Positions 16,876 through 24,947 of a stretch of 64,000 nucleotides of DNA are shown here, in pieces. The stretch's first letter is position 1. Every line of letters begins with the position of its first letter. The position numbers and the translations under genes are program-made. The notes beneath the pieces are model-generated. The model worked only from the letters and a program-made list of their open reading frames with translations, did not search any database and had not been told where the DNA came from. Source of the DNA: Hyphomicrobiales bacterium (GTDB taxonomy: Bacteria > Pseudomonadota > Alphaproteobacteria > Rhizobiales > JAJFHC01). The stretch covers positions 20,733 through 84,732 of the forward strand of contig CBDAQD010000001.1 of assembly GCA_965198845.1 (NCBI GenBank). Reading direction: 5' to 3'.

Positions 16876-17863
16876 CGGGCGGTCTCCACAGTTCTTCCGC
16901 CAAACACTCATGAACTGCAATTTCCTGAAGCTGAAGGTCATATGATACCTTCAGGATAGCTCCCGGCAGATCGGAGCGTACTAGCCGTGGGAACTCATCT
17001 CCTACCAAGAACACTTTGATTCCCGTTAAAGTCAGCGCAGGGTTATCGTATTCTCTGATCTCAGCATATCCGACTGCTGCAAGTTTATCGGAAAATAATT
17101 CAATCGCGTTGTCATCGGTGAGTGACGAATATACATTTCTTATAAGGTCATTTAGAGAAATGGAATGATCCGATGGTGATCGTTCAGCAAGTCTGTAAAC
17201 GCAGAGAAATAATTTCGGACAAACGGTTTCAAGCTGATCTTCTGAAGAGATATGAACCGCATTGCGCGTATTGCCATAAAGTGACTTAATTTCAACGGCA
17301 CGATCAAAATATAGGAAATCCTGCTGTTGACGATCCGGACCATGCCAAGCTTCAAGGGCTGCCATTTCGTTATTGAAAAGCCTGATGAGTTCTTGCAGAA
17401 ATTTGACCTCACAGAACAGACCGCGCTGTTCTTCAACGGATAAAATGCGGAGTGACCGTCCTGCAAGAAATGCTTTCCAGCGTTTCAGGTGCTTGAAAAT
17501 CACATTCAAAAGGATGGAAGAATCTTCAATAGAAGCGACAGCTTCAATAATGGTGTTACACAAAGCGTAGAAGAGATCGAGGTCGATTTTGCGTTCCAGA
17601 CGTAGAACAAAGAATTGAGCGCCGATTGATTCTAGAAGCCGGAGGTCTGTGCTCACCCCATGTATAGTGACCTTCTCATTCTGGAACTGATCAGCAAGGT
17701 CACCCTGAAGGCCGATCAGAAAAAGGCAGCAGTTGTTTGAGTCTTTGCCCCAGAACATTTCCATGCAGGACTCATGGCCTACCTTCCGGACGTTATAGTC
17801 CTGGTCCGGTGTCTTGATCTCAGTCCATGGAGTTATGCTCTCAGTCACCATAATCCTCGTCAT
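16868..17863 (-). CDS. PD-(D/E)XK motif protein (putative nuclease)
   Basis: The start is uncertain (ATG 17863 or 17851); both overlap the Z1 stop. The candidate catalytic stretch is QQQDFLYFDRAVEIKSL (D...ExK). About 330 aa. Confidence 0.6.
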   Translation of the reverse strand: MTRIMVTESITPWTEIKTPDQDYNVRKVGHESCMEMFWGKDSNNCCLFLIGLQGDLADQFQNEKVTIHGVSTDLRLLESIGAQFFVLRLERKIDLDLFYALCNTIIEAVASIEDSSILLNVIFKHLKRWKAFLAGRSLRILSVEEQRGLFCEVKFLQELIRLFNNEMAALEAWHGPDRQQQDFLYFDRAVEIKSLYGNTRNAVHISSEDQLETVCPKLFLCVYRLAERSPSDHSISLNDLIRNVYSSLTDDNAIELFSDKLAAVGYAEIREYDNPALTLTGIKVFLVGDEFPRLVRSDLPGAILKVSYDLQLQEIAVHECLAEELWRPPDE

Positions 17864-20510
17864 CTTCCGGCGCATCCACTGATGGACCGTGCATTTTTTC
17901 AACCCATACCTTGTTTGCCACAACTTCAACTTCAGTGGTGTAGTCTCCCGGGGGATAACTGATGCCGAATGCAGGAACCCGTTCCTGAATTGAGTCCCCC
18001 TTTCCGAGATTGAGAGAATGGAGCATGAGCAATGGTTTATTCCTCACTTCCCGATAGTGAGTGTCTGATGGTTTCTTGCCATCATCGGCAAGCGATTCCG
18101 CTCTTTCCAGTTGAACAGGCGAAAGCCCGAGCTTTTCATCGCCTCTGCTGGCAACACGGTTTTTGCTGGTACGCCAAGCACCATCAGGTATCGTGGCGCT
18201 TCTTCTATCCTGAGTCCCAAGGCGATAACTGCTCATATCCTCATCCCGATCAGAAATGGATATAAGGAGGACATCGGAATTGGAATGGTCTTCAGAGATT
18301 GCACGAAGATATTCCAAAGCAGCAGCTTTCGTATTTGCAAAAGAAGGATGGACCTGAAACCGACTAAGAAACTCCCCGAGTTCATCAGTTGCGGCGTCGG
18401 CAATAAACCAACCCTTTGGTCCGGGTGTGGCAGGAAATATTTTTTCCGAGCCAGCACCAAACCCGGTTCGCCAGTATTCAGAAATCAATTCTTCATTCTT
18501 TTGATTGATTTCATCCTCCTCAGGCAGAACATAGCTTTCTACGATCCTTCCGCTGAGGTTTGTTCTAACCGTAAACTTTTCTCCGGCGCGCATCTTGTTC
18601 ACGGCTGTGATCAGCAAACGATCCGGATGTGCTTTGACGTAAAGTCCGAATTGTCGTGGACTGAGACCATCACGTCTCATTCGTTTTATCTGCTGCCGCA
18701 ACTCTTCGGAGGCATCCGATATATGCCCGTACCAATCAATAGAATCGGGAGAAAGGTGTATTCGGCATACGTCATCATAGCCGGGGCGGTATCCAAACCA
18801 CCGACCCATCTGCATTAGAGTGTCGTACATGCGGGTATTGCGGTACATATAGCTGACAGACAAACCTTCGATTGTCAGACCACGTGAAAGACTAAGGCCG
18901 CCTATCGCAATAGCCGTAAGGCCAATACCGTCTTTTTCGTACTTTTTGAAATCAAGTTTTTCATCGGATTTGCTGTTCACAACAAAAATTCGGAGAGTTT
19001 CAAATACTCCGTTCAACTCCGTCTTAATTTCTTCCCACTTATGTCCACTACCAGAATACTGCTCATCATAAGCGGACCGCAGGTTTGCCATATACGGGTC
19101 TTGAGAGGCTATATTTTCCGGCATTGCATAGTTTGCTTTAACCGCCTGACGTAGTGACTTTTCATAGATACTTACAAAATCACGTATCCTATTTTGCACA
19201 GATACAAAGCGAGACGCATTGATCATCATTGAAGCATGTTTGTTCTTTTGCTTGCGCAGATTTCGTATTGCCCTTGCGACAATAAATTGATCGATTGCTC
19301 TGTATAATGATGGCGGAAGGTCTTTTATATCGTCGTCTTTTTTGTGCGAAAAGGGTAGGTATTCCTCAGCATCCTCGATAGGGATAACAGGGTCCGGATT
19401 AAAATTCTCCTCTTCAAAAACCCTGGCTGGGCCAAAATAAGTATTGGGCGCATCAAGGCAGTAAATGAAATCTCTTGGAAACAGCTCCTCGTGCGCCACA
19501 TCATCGTAGGATTCCGGGTTAATGAAAATATTGGCGAACGGAGTTGCTGTATATCCAACATAACAGGATTTATCAAAAAGACCGAGAATCTTTCTGATCA
19601 TTGTATTAGTACGTGTAGGATCAAGGTCTTCCTTATTTGTATTTATTGACGCATTGTCCGCTTCATCGTCGATGAGAAGCATAGGTACATCGGATATGCG
19701 ATCTCCTCCCTTTGCATTCATTTCTTTCAGCCAATTGAAGAGAGATTCAAGAGTGCGTACATTCTTCTTAATGACAAGAATTATCGGTTTGCTGAAATCG
19801 TTGAGTTCCCAGCCACTCTGGTCAGCCGTTTTTTTGTTGAAATCATTGTGGACGTTCGTGAGGGTTGCCGGATGAGGGTAGTTAGCGGCAGTCAAACCTA
19901 CTCCAACAGTCTGCCGGTCCTCTGGATTGCTTGAGCGCCCCACAAAACCTTCATCAACACGCTCCTGGGTCTGAGTTCTAAGATTATTATGAATGCCCGC
20001 AATCACAACGATGAACTTGTATCCGGCATCGGCTGCTCGTGCGATAAGTCCCAAATAATTGGCTGTCTTGCCTGATTGAACGTGACCAATAACGAGCCCA
20101 CGACGATCCCAGCGCGTGCCTTCGCTCGATGGATCTTGCAGATGTCCAAGAATTTTACCGGAAACGTCACCAAGTGACCGTACAATGTTCGGATGAAATC
20201 CCTGTTGTTTCAAATATGCTTCATATGCCTCTGAATAAGTCCACTGGATGTCATCACGCTTGAAAACCCATTCTTCATCATGCTCTGCTTCGGTATCTAT
20301 AAGCGAAATTCCCTGACCCATGCGGCTGTCCACAGCGATCATTGCCTCACCAATGATGCCTTCCAGATCACCGGTGTAATTCAACATTTCAGCGAGTTGC
20401 TGTGCTTTGGTCTTTATGACTTCGGGGGTAGGCGTTTCCTCCAGCGTCGATAACGCACTTATCAGTGAGCTCGTGAAGTTTTTTTCGGCTTCAAGTTGAT
20501 TGTGAGCCAT
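17841..20510 (-). CDS. Z1-domain protein (SF2/DEAD-like NTPase)
   Basis: 889 aa. Walker A GHVQSGKTANY, Walker B MLLIDDEADNAS, GYTATPFAN, and a motif VI-like SLSRGLTIEGLSVSY typical of Z1 proteins. Its ATG shares 1 nt with the upstream stop (TGATG). Confidence 0.8.
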   Translation of the reverse strand: MAHNQLEAEKNFTSSLISALSTLEETPTPEVIKTKAQQLAEMLNYTGDLEGIIGEAMIAVDSRMGQGISLIDTEAEHDEEWVFKRDDIQWTYSEAYEAYLKQQGFHPNIVRSLGDVSGKILGHLQDPSSEGTRWDRRGLVIGHVQSGKTANYLGLIARAADAGYKFIVVIAGIHNNLRTQTQERVDEGFVGRSSNPEDRQTVGVGLTAANYPHPATLTNVHNDFNKKTADQSGWELNDFSKPIILVIKKNVRTLESLFNWLKEMNAKGGDRISDVPMLLIDDEADNASINTNKEDLDPTRTNTMIRKILGLFDKSCYVGYTATPFANIFINPESYDDVAHEELFPRDFIYCLDAPNTYFGPARVFEEENFNPDPVIPIEDAEEYLPFSHKKDDDIKDLPPSLYRAIDQFIVARAIRNLRKQKNKHASMMINASRFVSVQNRIRDFVSIYEKSLRQAVKANYAMPENIASQDPYMANLRSAYDEQYSGSGHKWEEIKTELNGVFETLRIFVVNSKSDEKLDFKKYEKDGIGLTAIAIGGLSLSRGLTIEGLSVSYMYRNTRMYDTLMQMGRWFGYRPGYDDVCRIHLSPDSIDWYGHISDASEELRQQIKRMRRDGLSPRQFGLYVKAHPDRLLITAVNKMRAGEKFTVRTNLSGRIVESYVLPEEDEINQKNEELISEYWRTGFGAGSEKIFPATPGPKGWFIADAATDELGEFLSRFQVHPSFANTKAAALEYLRAISEDHSNSDVLLISISDRDEDMSSYRLGTQDRRSATIPDGAWRTSKNRVASRGDEKLGLSPVQLERAESLADDGKKPSDTHYREVRNKPLLMLHSLNLGKGDSIQERVPAFGISYPPGDYTTEVEVVANKVWVEKMHGPSVDAPEDDEDYGD

Positions 20511-21988
20511 CAGACTGCCTTCCTGATAAATTCCTGAATGATGTCATTATGATTTTCAAAGATTCTTGTAGAGCGCGCCACTTCTTCGAACGCATCCGCA
20601 TCAAACGAATTATCATCGAAAAGAATACGCTTCAGCATTTCGAGTTTGTCCTTCAATTCGCTTTCCTCGAAATTCAACTGAGTCATATCTGCCGGATGAG
20701 TCGAGTAATCCGAATAGATCATCTCTACAGGCAGAGATGCTGAAATGAGCTGGAGTACTGTGCTGAACTGCTTTCCCTGATCTTCATTCAGTGTCTGAAG
20801 AATAGATTTTATGAGGGGATGATCCGAATTGATCTCATAGTGAATAGAACCTTTTTCCGCGAAACGATCCCAAACCGGAGCGGAAACTTCATCATAGAGT
20901 TTCTTACCTCTTCCCCTATGCACAACGGTGCTTCGCTCTGAGATTCTGGCGAGAATCTGACGCAGCCTTTCCCGAACCTGATACGGAGGACGAGCGCGAG
21001 ATTTTTTTATGTCGATGGTCCAGGTTTCATCAAGCGCATTGGGAAAGTCGATCTGAACACGGGCAAGTTTTGTAGACTCGCCCTTTGGAATAAGGCGGAA
21101 CCAGTCACCCCACGCCATCAACCTACCATTTCGGTATATATAAGCACCCTGGTTGGAAATGAAATCGCTACGATCCTGATAGAAATCATACTCAGATGCA
21201 GTCAGCTTGCTATGATGGGGCAGAATAAACGGCTGCATTCTGATCACATAGTCATCAAGCCGGACGATTTCTTCTGGCATGACCTGCGTGGCCGCATTTT
21301 TGCGGCAGAATGGGTCAAAAGCCTGAATGGAGTGCCCATTCAGCGTGATCGCAAGTTTCTTCCTACCTCTGATTTCACCGGACAGAAAACGATGAAAAAC
21401 AAGTGATAGATGTCGTTCGACTGTATCAAGCTTTTCATTGACGACTTCAGAACGCCGTTTTCCACTCTGCTCTTCCGTGAGTCTGTCGAGGTCGCGCCAT
21501 AGAACGAGCGTGCCTTGATGTTCAATTTCTTGTGTGAAGGGCAGAGCCTCTATTTCACTCTGATCAAGAATGCTGATTATCCAGTCATCGTGTTCGCTTA
21601 CCGATTTAAGATCCCATTCCGCAGCGGACGTAACGTTATTCTGAACGCTTACAACAGTTAGGCGGCGGCATTGCGAAAACGAAGCTGTTTTGAGGCCAAG
21701 CCCGAATCGCCCTAAGTCGGTTGGCATTCTCTCAGTTCTGGAATGAGATGACCCATGTCGCATCGCCTGAATGAGTTCTTCTGATGACATCCCATCGCCA
21801 TCATCAATGATTGCTAACAGAGGTTCCTCCGCAGTGAGATCACAGAAAATTCTGATCGCAGTTGCATTGGCTGATATACTGTTATCAATAAGATCAGCGA
21901 TTGCTGTTTCGAGAGAATAACCAAGGTCTCTAAGCGACTCACTTAAACTGGCTGCACTAGGTGGCAGATGATATTCACGGGCCATCAT
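20510..21988 (-). CDS. GHKL-superfamily ATPase (MORC/MutL-like, HATPase_c_3 type)
   Basis: Start MMAREYHLPP (ATG 21988 or 21985) overlaps the vsr stop. Bergerat-fold boxes AIADLIDNSISA, IIDDGDGM and GRFGLGLKTAS. About 492 aa. Confidence 0.8.
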   Translation of the reverse strand: MMAREYHLPPSAASLSESLRDLGYSLETAIADLIDNSISANATAIRIFCDLTAEEPLLAIIDDGDGMSSEELIQAMRHGSSHSRTERMPTDLGRFGLGLKTASFSQCRRLTVVSVQNNVTSAAEWDLKSVSEHDDWIISILDQSEIEALPFTQEIEHQGTLVLWRDLDRLTEEQSGKRRSEVVNEKLDTVERHLSLVFHRFLSGEIRGRKKLAITLNGHSIQAFDPFCRKNAATQVMPEEIVRLDDYVIRMQPFILPHHSKLTASEYDFYQDRSDFISNQGAYIYRNGRLMAWGDWFRLIPKGESTKLARVQIDFPNALDETWTIDIKKSRARPPYQVRERLRQILARISERSTVVHRGRGKKLYDEVSAPVWDRFAEKGSIHYEINSDHPLIKSILQTLNEDQGKQFSTVLQLISASLPVEMIYSDYSTHPADMTQLNFEESELKDKLEMLKRILFDDNSFDADAFEEVARSTRIFENHNDIIQEFIRKAV

Positions 21989-22403
21989 CACCTGCCTTAA
22001 TGAAATTTTCAAAACAGTTCAAAAGAGCTGGTGGGTTTTTTTTGAGTTCGCATTCCCACGCAACAAATACACGCCAACCTTGCTGCTCAAGCTGAGCCCG
22101 AACCCGCTTGTCTCTGGCAACATTGTCGTTGAATTTTTTCTGCCAGAAATCTTGGCGCGTCTTTGGCGTTGTCGCCAGAGAGCATCCTTCATGCCTATGC
22201 CAATAACAGCCATGCACAAAAGCAACTGATCTGTGTTTGGGAAGAACAATGTCCGGTTTGCCTGGAAGGTCTTTGCAATGAAGTCTGAAGCGGTATCCGG
22301 CTCTGTGCAGAAGAGAGCGAAACTTTAATTCCGGCTTCGTATCTTTTCCCCGGATACGTGACATATTCCAGCTTCGCTTTTCGGCGGAAATCGTGTCAGG
22401 CAT
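21975..22403 (-). CDS. vsr: Very short patch repair endonuclease
   Basis: Start MPDTISAEKRSWNMSRIRGKDTKPE (ATG 22403, 8-nt overlap with the dcm stop). FVHGCYWHRH motif. 142 aa. Confidence 0.9.
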   Translation of the reverse strand: MPDTISAEKRSWNMSRIRGKDTKPELKFRSLLHRAGYRFRLHCKDLPGKPDIVLPKHRSVAFVHGCYWHRHEGCSLATTPKTRQDFWQKKFNDNVARDKRVRAQLEQQGWRVFVAWECELKKNPPALLNCFENFIKAGDDGP

Positions 22404-23982
22404 TTTTCTTTCTCCCTGACAAAATGAGTTCAGAGACAATTTCCGCTATCTGTCTTGCGAGATAGGGTGGGACGGCATTGCCGACTTGATGATATTGAGA
22501 AGTTCGCGGCCCTTCAAAATGATAGTTATCGGGAAATGTCTGCAACCTCGCGGCTTCGCGAACTGTCAGACTGCGGCATTGGAGCGGGTCATAGTGAATA
22601 AAATAATGCCCATCCTTCGAAATGTGGGATGTGATCGTAGTTGAATAAGACCCCGGAATCTGGACCCGGAATCTGTCGCAGAACATTTTGCCCGCTCTTC
22701 CAAGCTCCACATTTTTATGTGCTGGAAGCAGACTTTCGGGAAAATCCCCCAGCTTCGGACTTGTTCCGCTCACTTTGGCGAATGCGGAACAGAATAGATA
22801 CCGGTGCAGATCAGAAGCCATGTGACCACGAGATTCATGGCTGGTTAGAACTGGAAGTTCTGCATCATAAAGAAAATTCAATGCGGCATGGTTCGAGCGG
22901 AATTTTTTCGGGTATTTTTTGGAACTTCGAGATTCGGGATACTTCGTTTTCTTCTCAACCGCTGCCTTTATCTCCTTAATAAGTTTTCCCGTATATTCTG
23001 CGCCATTTAGCTGTTTTCTGAATTTTTCTATGTCTACATCACATAGCGCTTGCCTCCAGTTTTTTGCAGTATCTTTGTTGCGAGAAAGTCCGCTTCTTAT
23101 GGATGGCAGGTTGCCTATCGTCTGCTTTACTGTTGGACCGGCATGTTTATCTAGCTGCCTAGGTGTAACCTCAATATCGTCACGCACGCCGACGAAAAAC
23201 ATACGATGTCTTGCTTGTGGAACGCCGTACTCTTCCGCTCTAACCACAAATTGCCTCGGATCAATATCGCCTAGCGCCTGATCCGGCTCCGTCAAAGAAA
23301 ACAGTTTATAGTTGTAGCCATTACTTCTGCCGGTAATTGCTTTAAGTGGATCAGAGAGATCAGAAACTATCCTGCCGACAACAGACTCCCCTTTAACCGT
23401 TGCGGATAGGAGGCCTTTGACATTCTCCATTACAAAGACTGGCGGCCAGTGATCGCTTATAATTTTGAGGTATTCTTTATAAAGGAAATGCCTTACGTCT
23501 TTTTCAAAATCTGGGTTACCCATCATACGGGAGCGTCCCACCAGTGAATACGCTTGGCACGGTGGGCCGCCCACCAAGACCCAAGATTCTTGACCTTTTA
23601 ATTTCGAACTAATTTTTCTCTTAATGAGATCATGGTTCCCTTCGCATAATGTAAGTTTTAGCGCGCCTTTTGCTGCCTGTGAGAACTTTTTTTTATGCTT
23701 GGCAATCAGTTCATCCAACTGAATTTCTTTTTTTAAGTATTTGAAGTATTCTTCAGGTATTTCGTCATCTTCGAATGAGCGAATGAAATGCCTCAACAGC
23801 AAGGTCTGATGAGCAAACTCATTGTTTTCAATTGATAAAGCATTGGAAAAAACGGTTTTGCCTTTAGAGTTTTTCAGCGCGGCAAAACCTTCTCCCAACC
23901 CTCCAGGGCCCGCAAACAGGTCTATCACCGGTATTCCGGCACAGCGCTTCTGGTCGCTTTTCCTTCTACCAGCGGCCATCAT
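22396..23982 (-). CDS. dcm: DNA (cytosine-5)-methyltransferase
   Basis: Start MMAAGRRKS (ATG 23982, G-rich RBS). Motifs IDLFAGPGGLGEGF (I), GGPPCQAYS (IV), VMENVKGL (VI), REAARLQTFPDNYHF and GNAVPP (X). The track start at 24057 would overlap the HTH gene. Confidence 0.9.
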   Translation of the reverse strand: MMAAGRRKSDQKRCAGIPVIDLFAGPGGLGEGFAALKNSKGKTVFSNALSIENNEFAHQTLLLRHFIRSFEDDEIPEEYFKYLKKEIQLDELIAKHKKKFSQAAKGALKLTLCEGNHDLIKRKISSKLKGQESWVLVGGPPCQAYSLVGRSRMMGNPDFEKDVRHFLYKEYLKIISDHWPPVFVMENVKGLLSATVKGESVVGRIVSDLSDPLKAITGRSNGYNYKLFSLTEPDQALGDIDPRQFVVRAEEYGVPQARHRMFFVGVRDDIEVTPRQLDKHAGPTVKQTIGNLPSIRSGLSRNKDTAKNWRQALCDVDIEKFRKQLNGAEYTGKLIKEIKAAVEKKTKYPESRSSKKYPKKFRSNHAALNFLYDAELPVLTSHESRGHMASDLHRYLFCSAFAKVSGTSPKLGDFPESLLPAHKNVELGRAGKMFCDRFRVQIPGSYSTTITSHISKDGHYFIHYDPLQCRSLTVREAARLQTFPDNYHFEGPRTSQYHQVGNAVPPYLARQIAEIVSELILSGRKKNA

Positions 23983-24029
23983 GCCCCCTTTTTCTTTTTT
24001 GAGGCGCGCGCCTCTTCGTCGATCCAAGA

Positions 24030-24173
24030 TTAGATTTCCGTTCGCCGAAAACGCCACGCACCACCAACCTTGAAACCCGGCAACTTGTCTTCGCCGGCAA
24101 GGCGATAGGCGGTTTTCTTGTTGATGCGCAGATACTCGGCAACTTCATCAATGGTCATGATGTCATCTGCCAT
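24030..24173 (-). CDS. 47-aa excisionase-family HTH protein (candidate controller of the operon, or an Xis remnant)
   Basis: Below the track cutoff. My translation is MADDIMTIDEVAEYLRINKKTAYRLAGEDKLPGFKVGGAWRFRRTEI*, a complete HTH_17-type domain (KxGxxWRF). It lies 47 nt upstream of dcm. Confidence 0.7.
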   Translation of the reverse strand: MADDIMTIDEVAEYLRINKKTAYRLAGEDKLPGFKVGGAWRFRRTEI

Positions 24174-24483
24174 GTCTGAAATCTGTCCCCAAATCAGTCC
24201 TTTTGAGAAAGTTAGGGAAATTTGAGGAAGCTGACAAGCGTAAACATGAACGCAAGCAATACTTCGGATTACTTATTTGTCCGTGCTTGGATGAATTTCA
24301 AATGGAAGCAAAGCAAGAATAAACTTACTTCTTCAACTCGGAAATTTCATTGCGAGTTTGATCTACCATTGCGGAGATTTTCGATCTGAATATTGATTTT
24401 ACATGCTAGAGATTCTGGCGTGTGAGAATCTTATAATTCGGCTTGCTAAGCTCTGATACAAAGCCAAGTACAGTATCGGAAAA

Positions 24484-24560
24484 TGGCGGTCCCGGCGCGA
24501 TTCGAACGCGCGACCTTTCGCTTCGGAGGCGAATACTCTATCCAGCTGAGCTACGGGACC
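24484..24560 (-). tRNA. tRNA-Arg (anticodon CCG), CCA encoded
   Basis: The reverse complement folds as GGTCCCG TA GCTC AGCTGGATA GAGT A TTCGC CTCCGAA GCGAA AGGTC GCGCG TTCGAAT CGCGC CGGGACC GCCA. All four stems pair and the anticodon loop is CU-CCG-AA. Confidence 0.92.
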
Positions 24561-24693
24561 AAAGAGATTTGGTGATACCTATGTGTTACCTAACGATTTA
24601 CCGCAAGTCATTTCCGAAAATTCGACTTTCAGTAAATCTTTGAAACTGAACTCCTTTTTATCAATTTCGATCATCCAAACTCACGCTTGACAT

Positions 24694-24737
<44 letters not shown>

Positions 24738-24947
24738 TTCGCGTCTGGTGAGCGATAGATAGCGCATGGCGGCTTGAAGGGCAATCGGGGTTTCGTGTCC
24801 CTCCTGTTGCCCGATGCGGCGCTGGCATTATCTGTCAGCAGGAGGGCCCGCAGCACGGCGGGCCCTATGGCGCTCTGATGCCGCGGGTGGCATAGTGCGG
24901 GCGATGGCGAAAAGCCGCTGCAATCACCTCCTGGAAAACCGGTCCCG

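Larger units (their letters stand above)
14800..24173 (-). other. Low-GC (about 40%) seven-gene defence-type operon (cargo between the ICE backbone and tRNA-Arg)
   Basis: A sharp GC drop at about 14.8 kb, and seven same-strand genes with overlapping stops and starts. See the individual CDS entries and the findings. Confidence 0.8.
1..24693. mobile_element. Integrated accessory region: partial ICE backbone (1 to about 14.8 kb) plus the AT-rich cargo block (about 14.8-24.69 kb), ending at the disrupted tRNA-Arg
   Basis: ICE backbone gene set in conserved order, nested IS/RIT elements, and compositional breaks at about 14.8 kb and 24.69-24.74 kb. Core synteny (polA) begins to the right. The left end is outside the window. 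Confidence 0.65.

Noticed and set aside
23983-24057. N-terminal 25-codon extension of dcm (track start GTG 24057)
   Set aside because: It overlaps the 3' end of the well-formed 47-aa HTH gene. The ATG at 23982 has its own G-rich RBS and immediately precedes motif I.
24410-24431. 7-bp inverted repeat AGATTCT/AGAATCT near the tRNA, considered as an att core or terminator
   Set aside because: It is too short, it has no U-tract, and I found no second copy elsewhere in the window.
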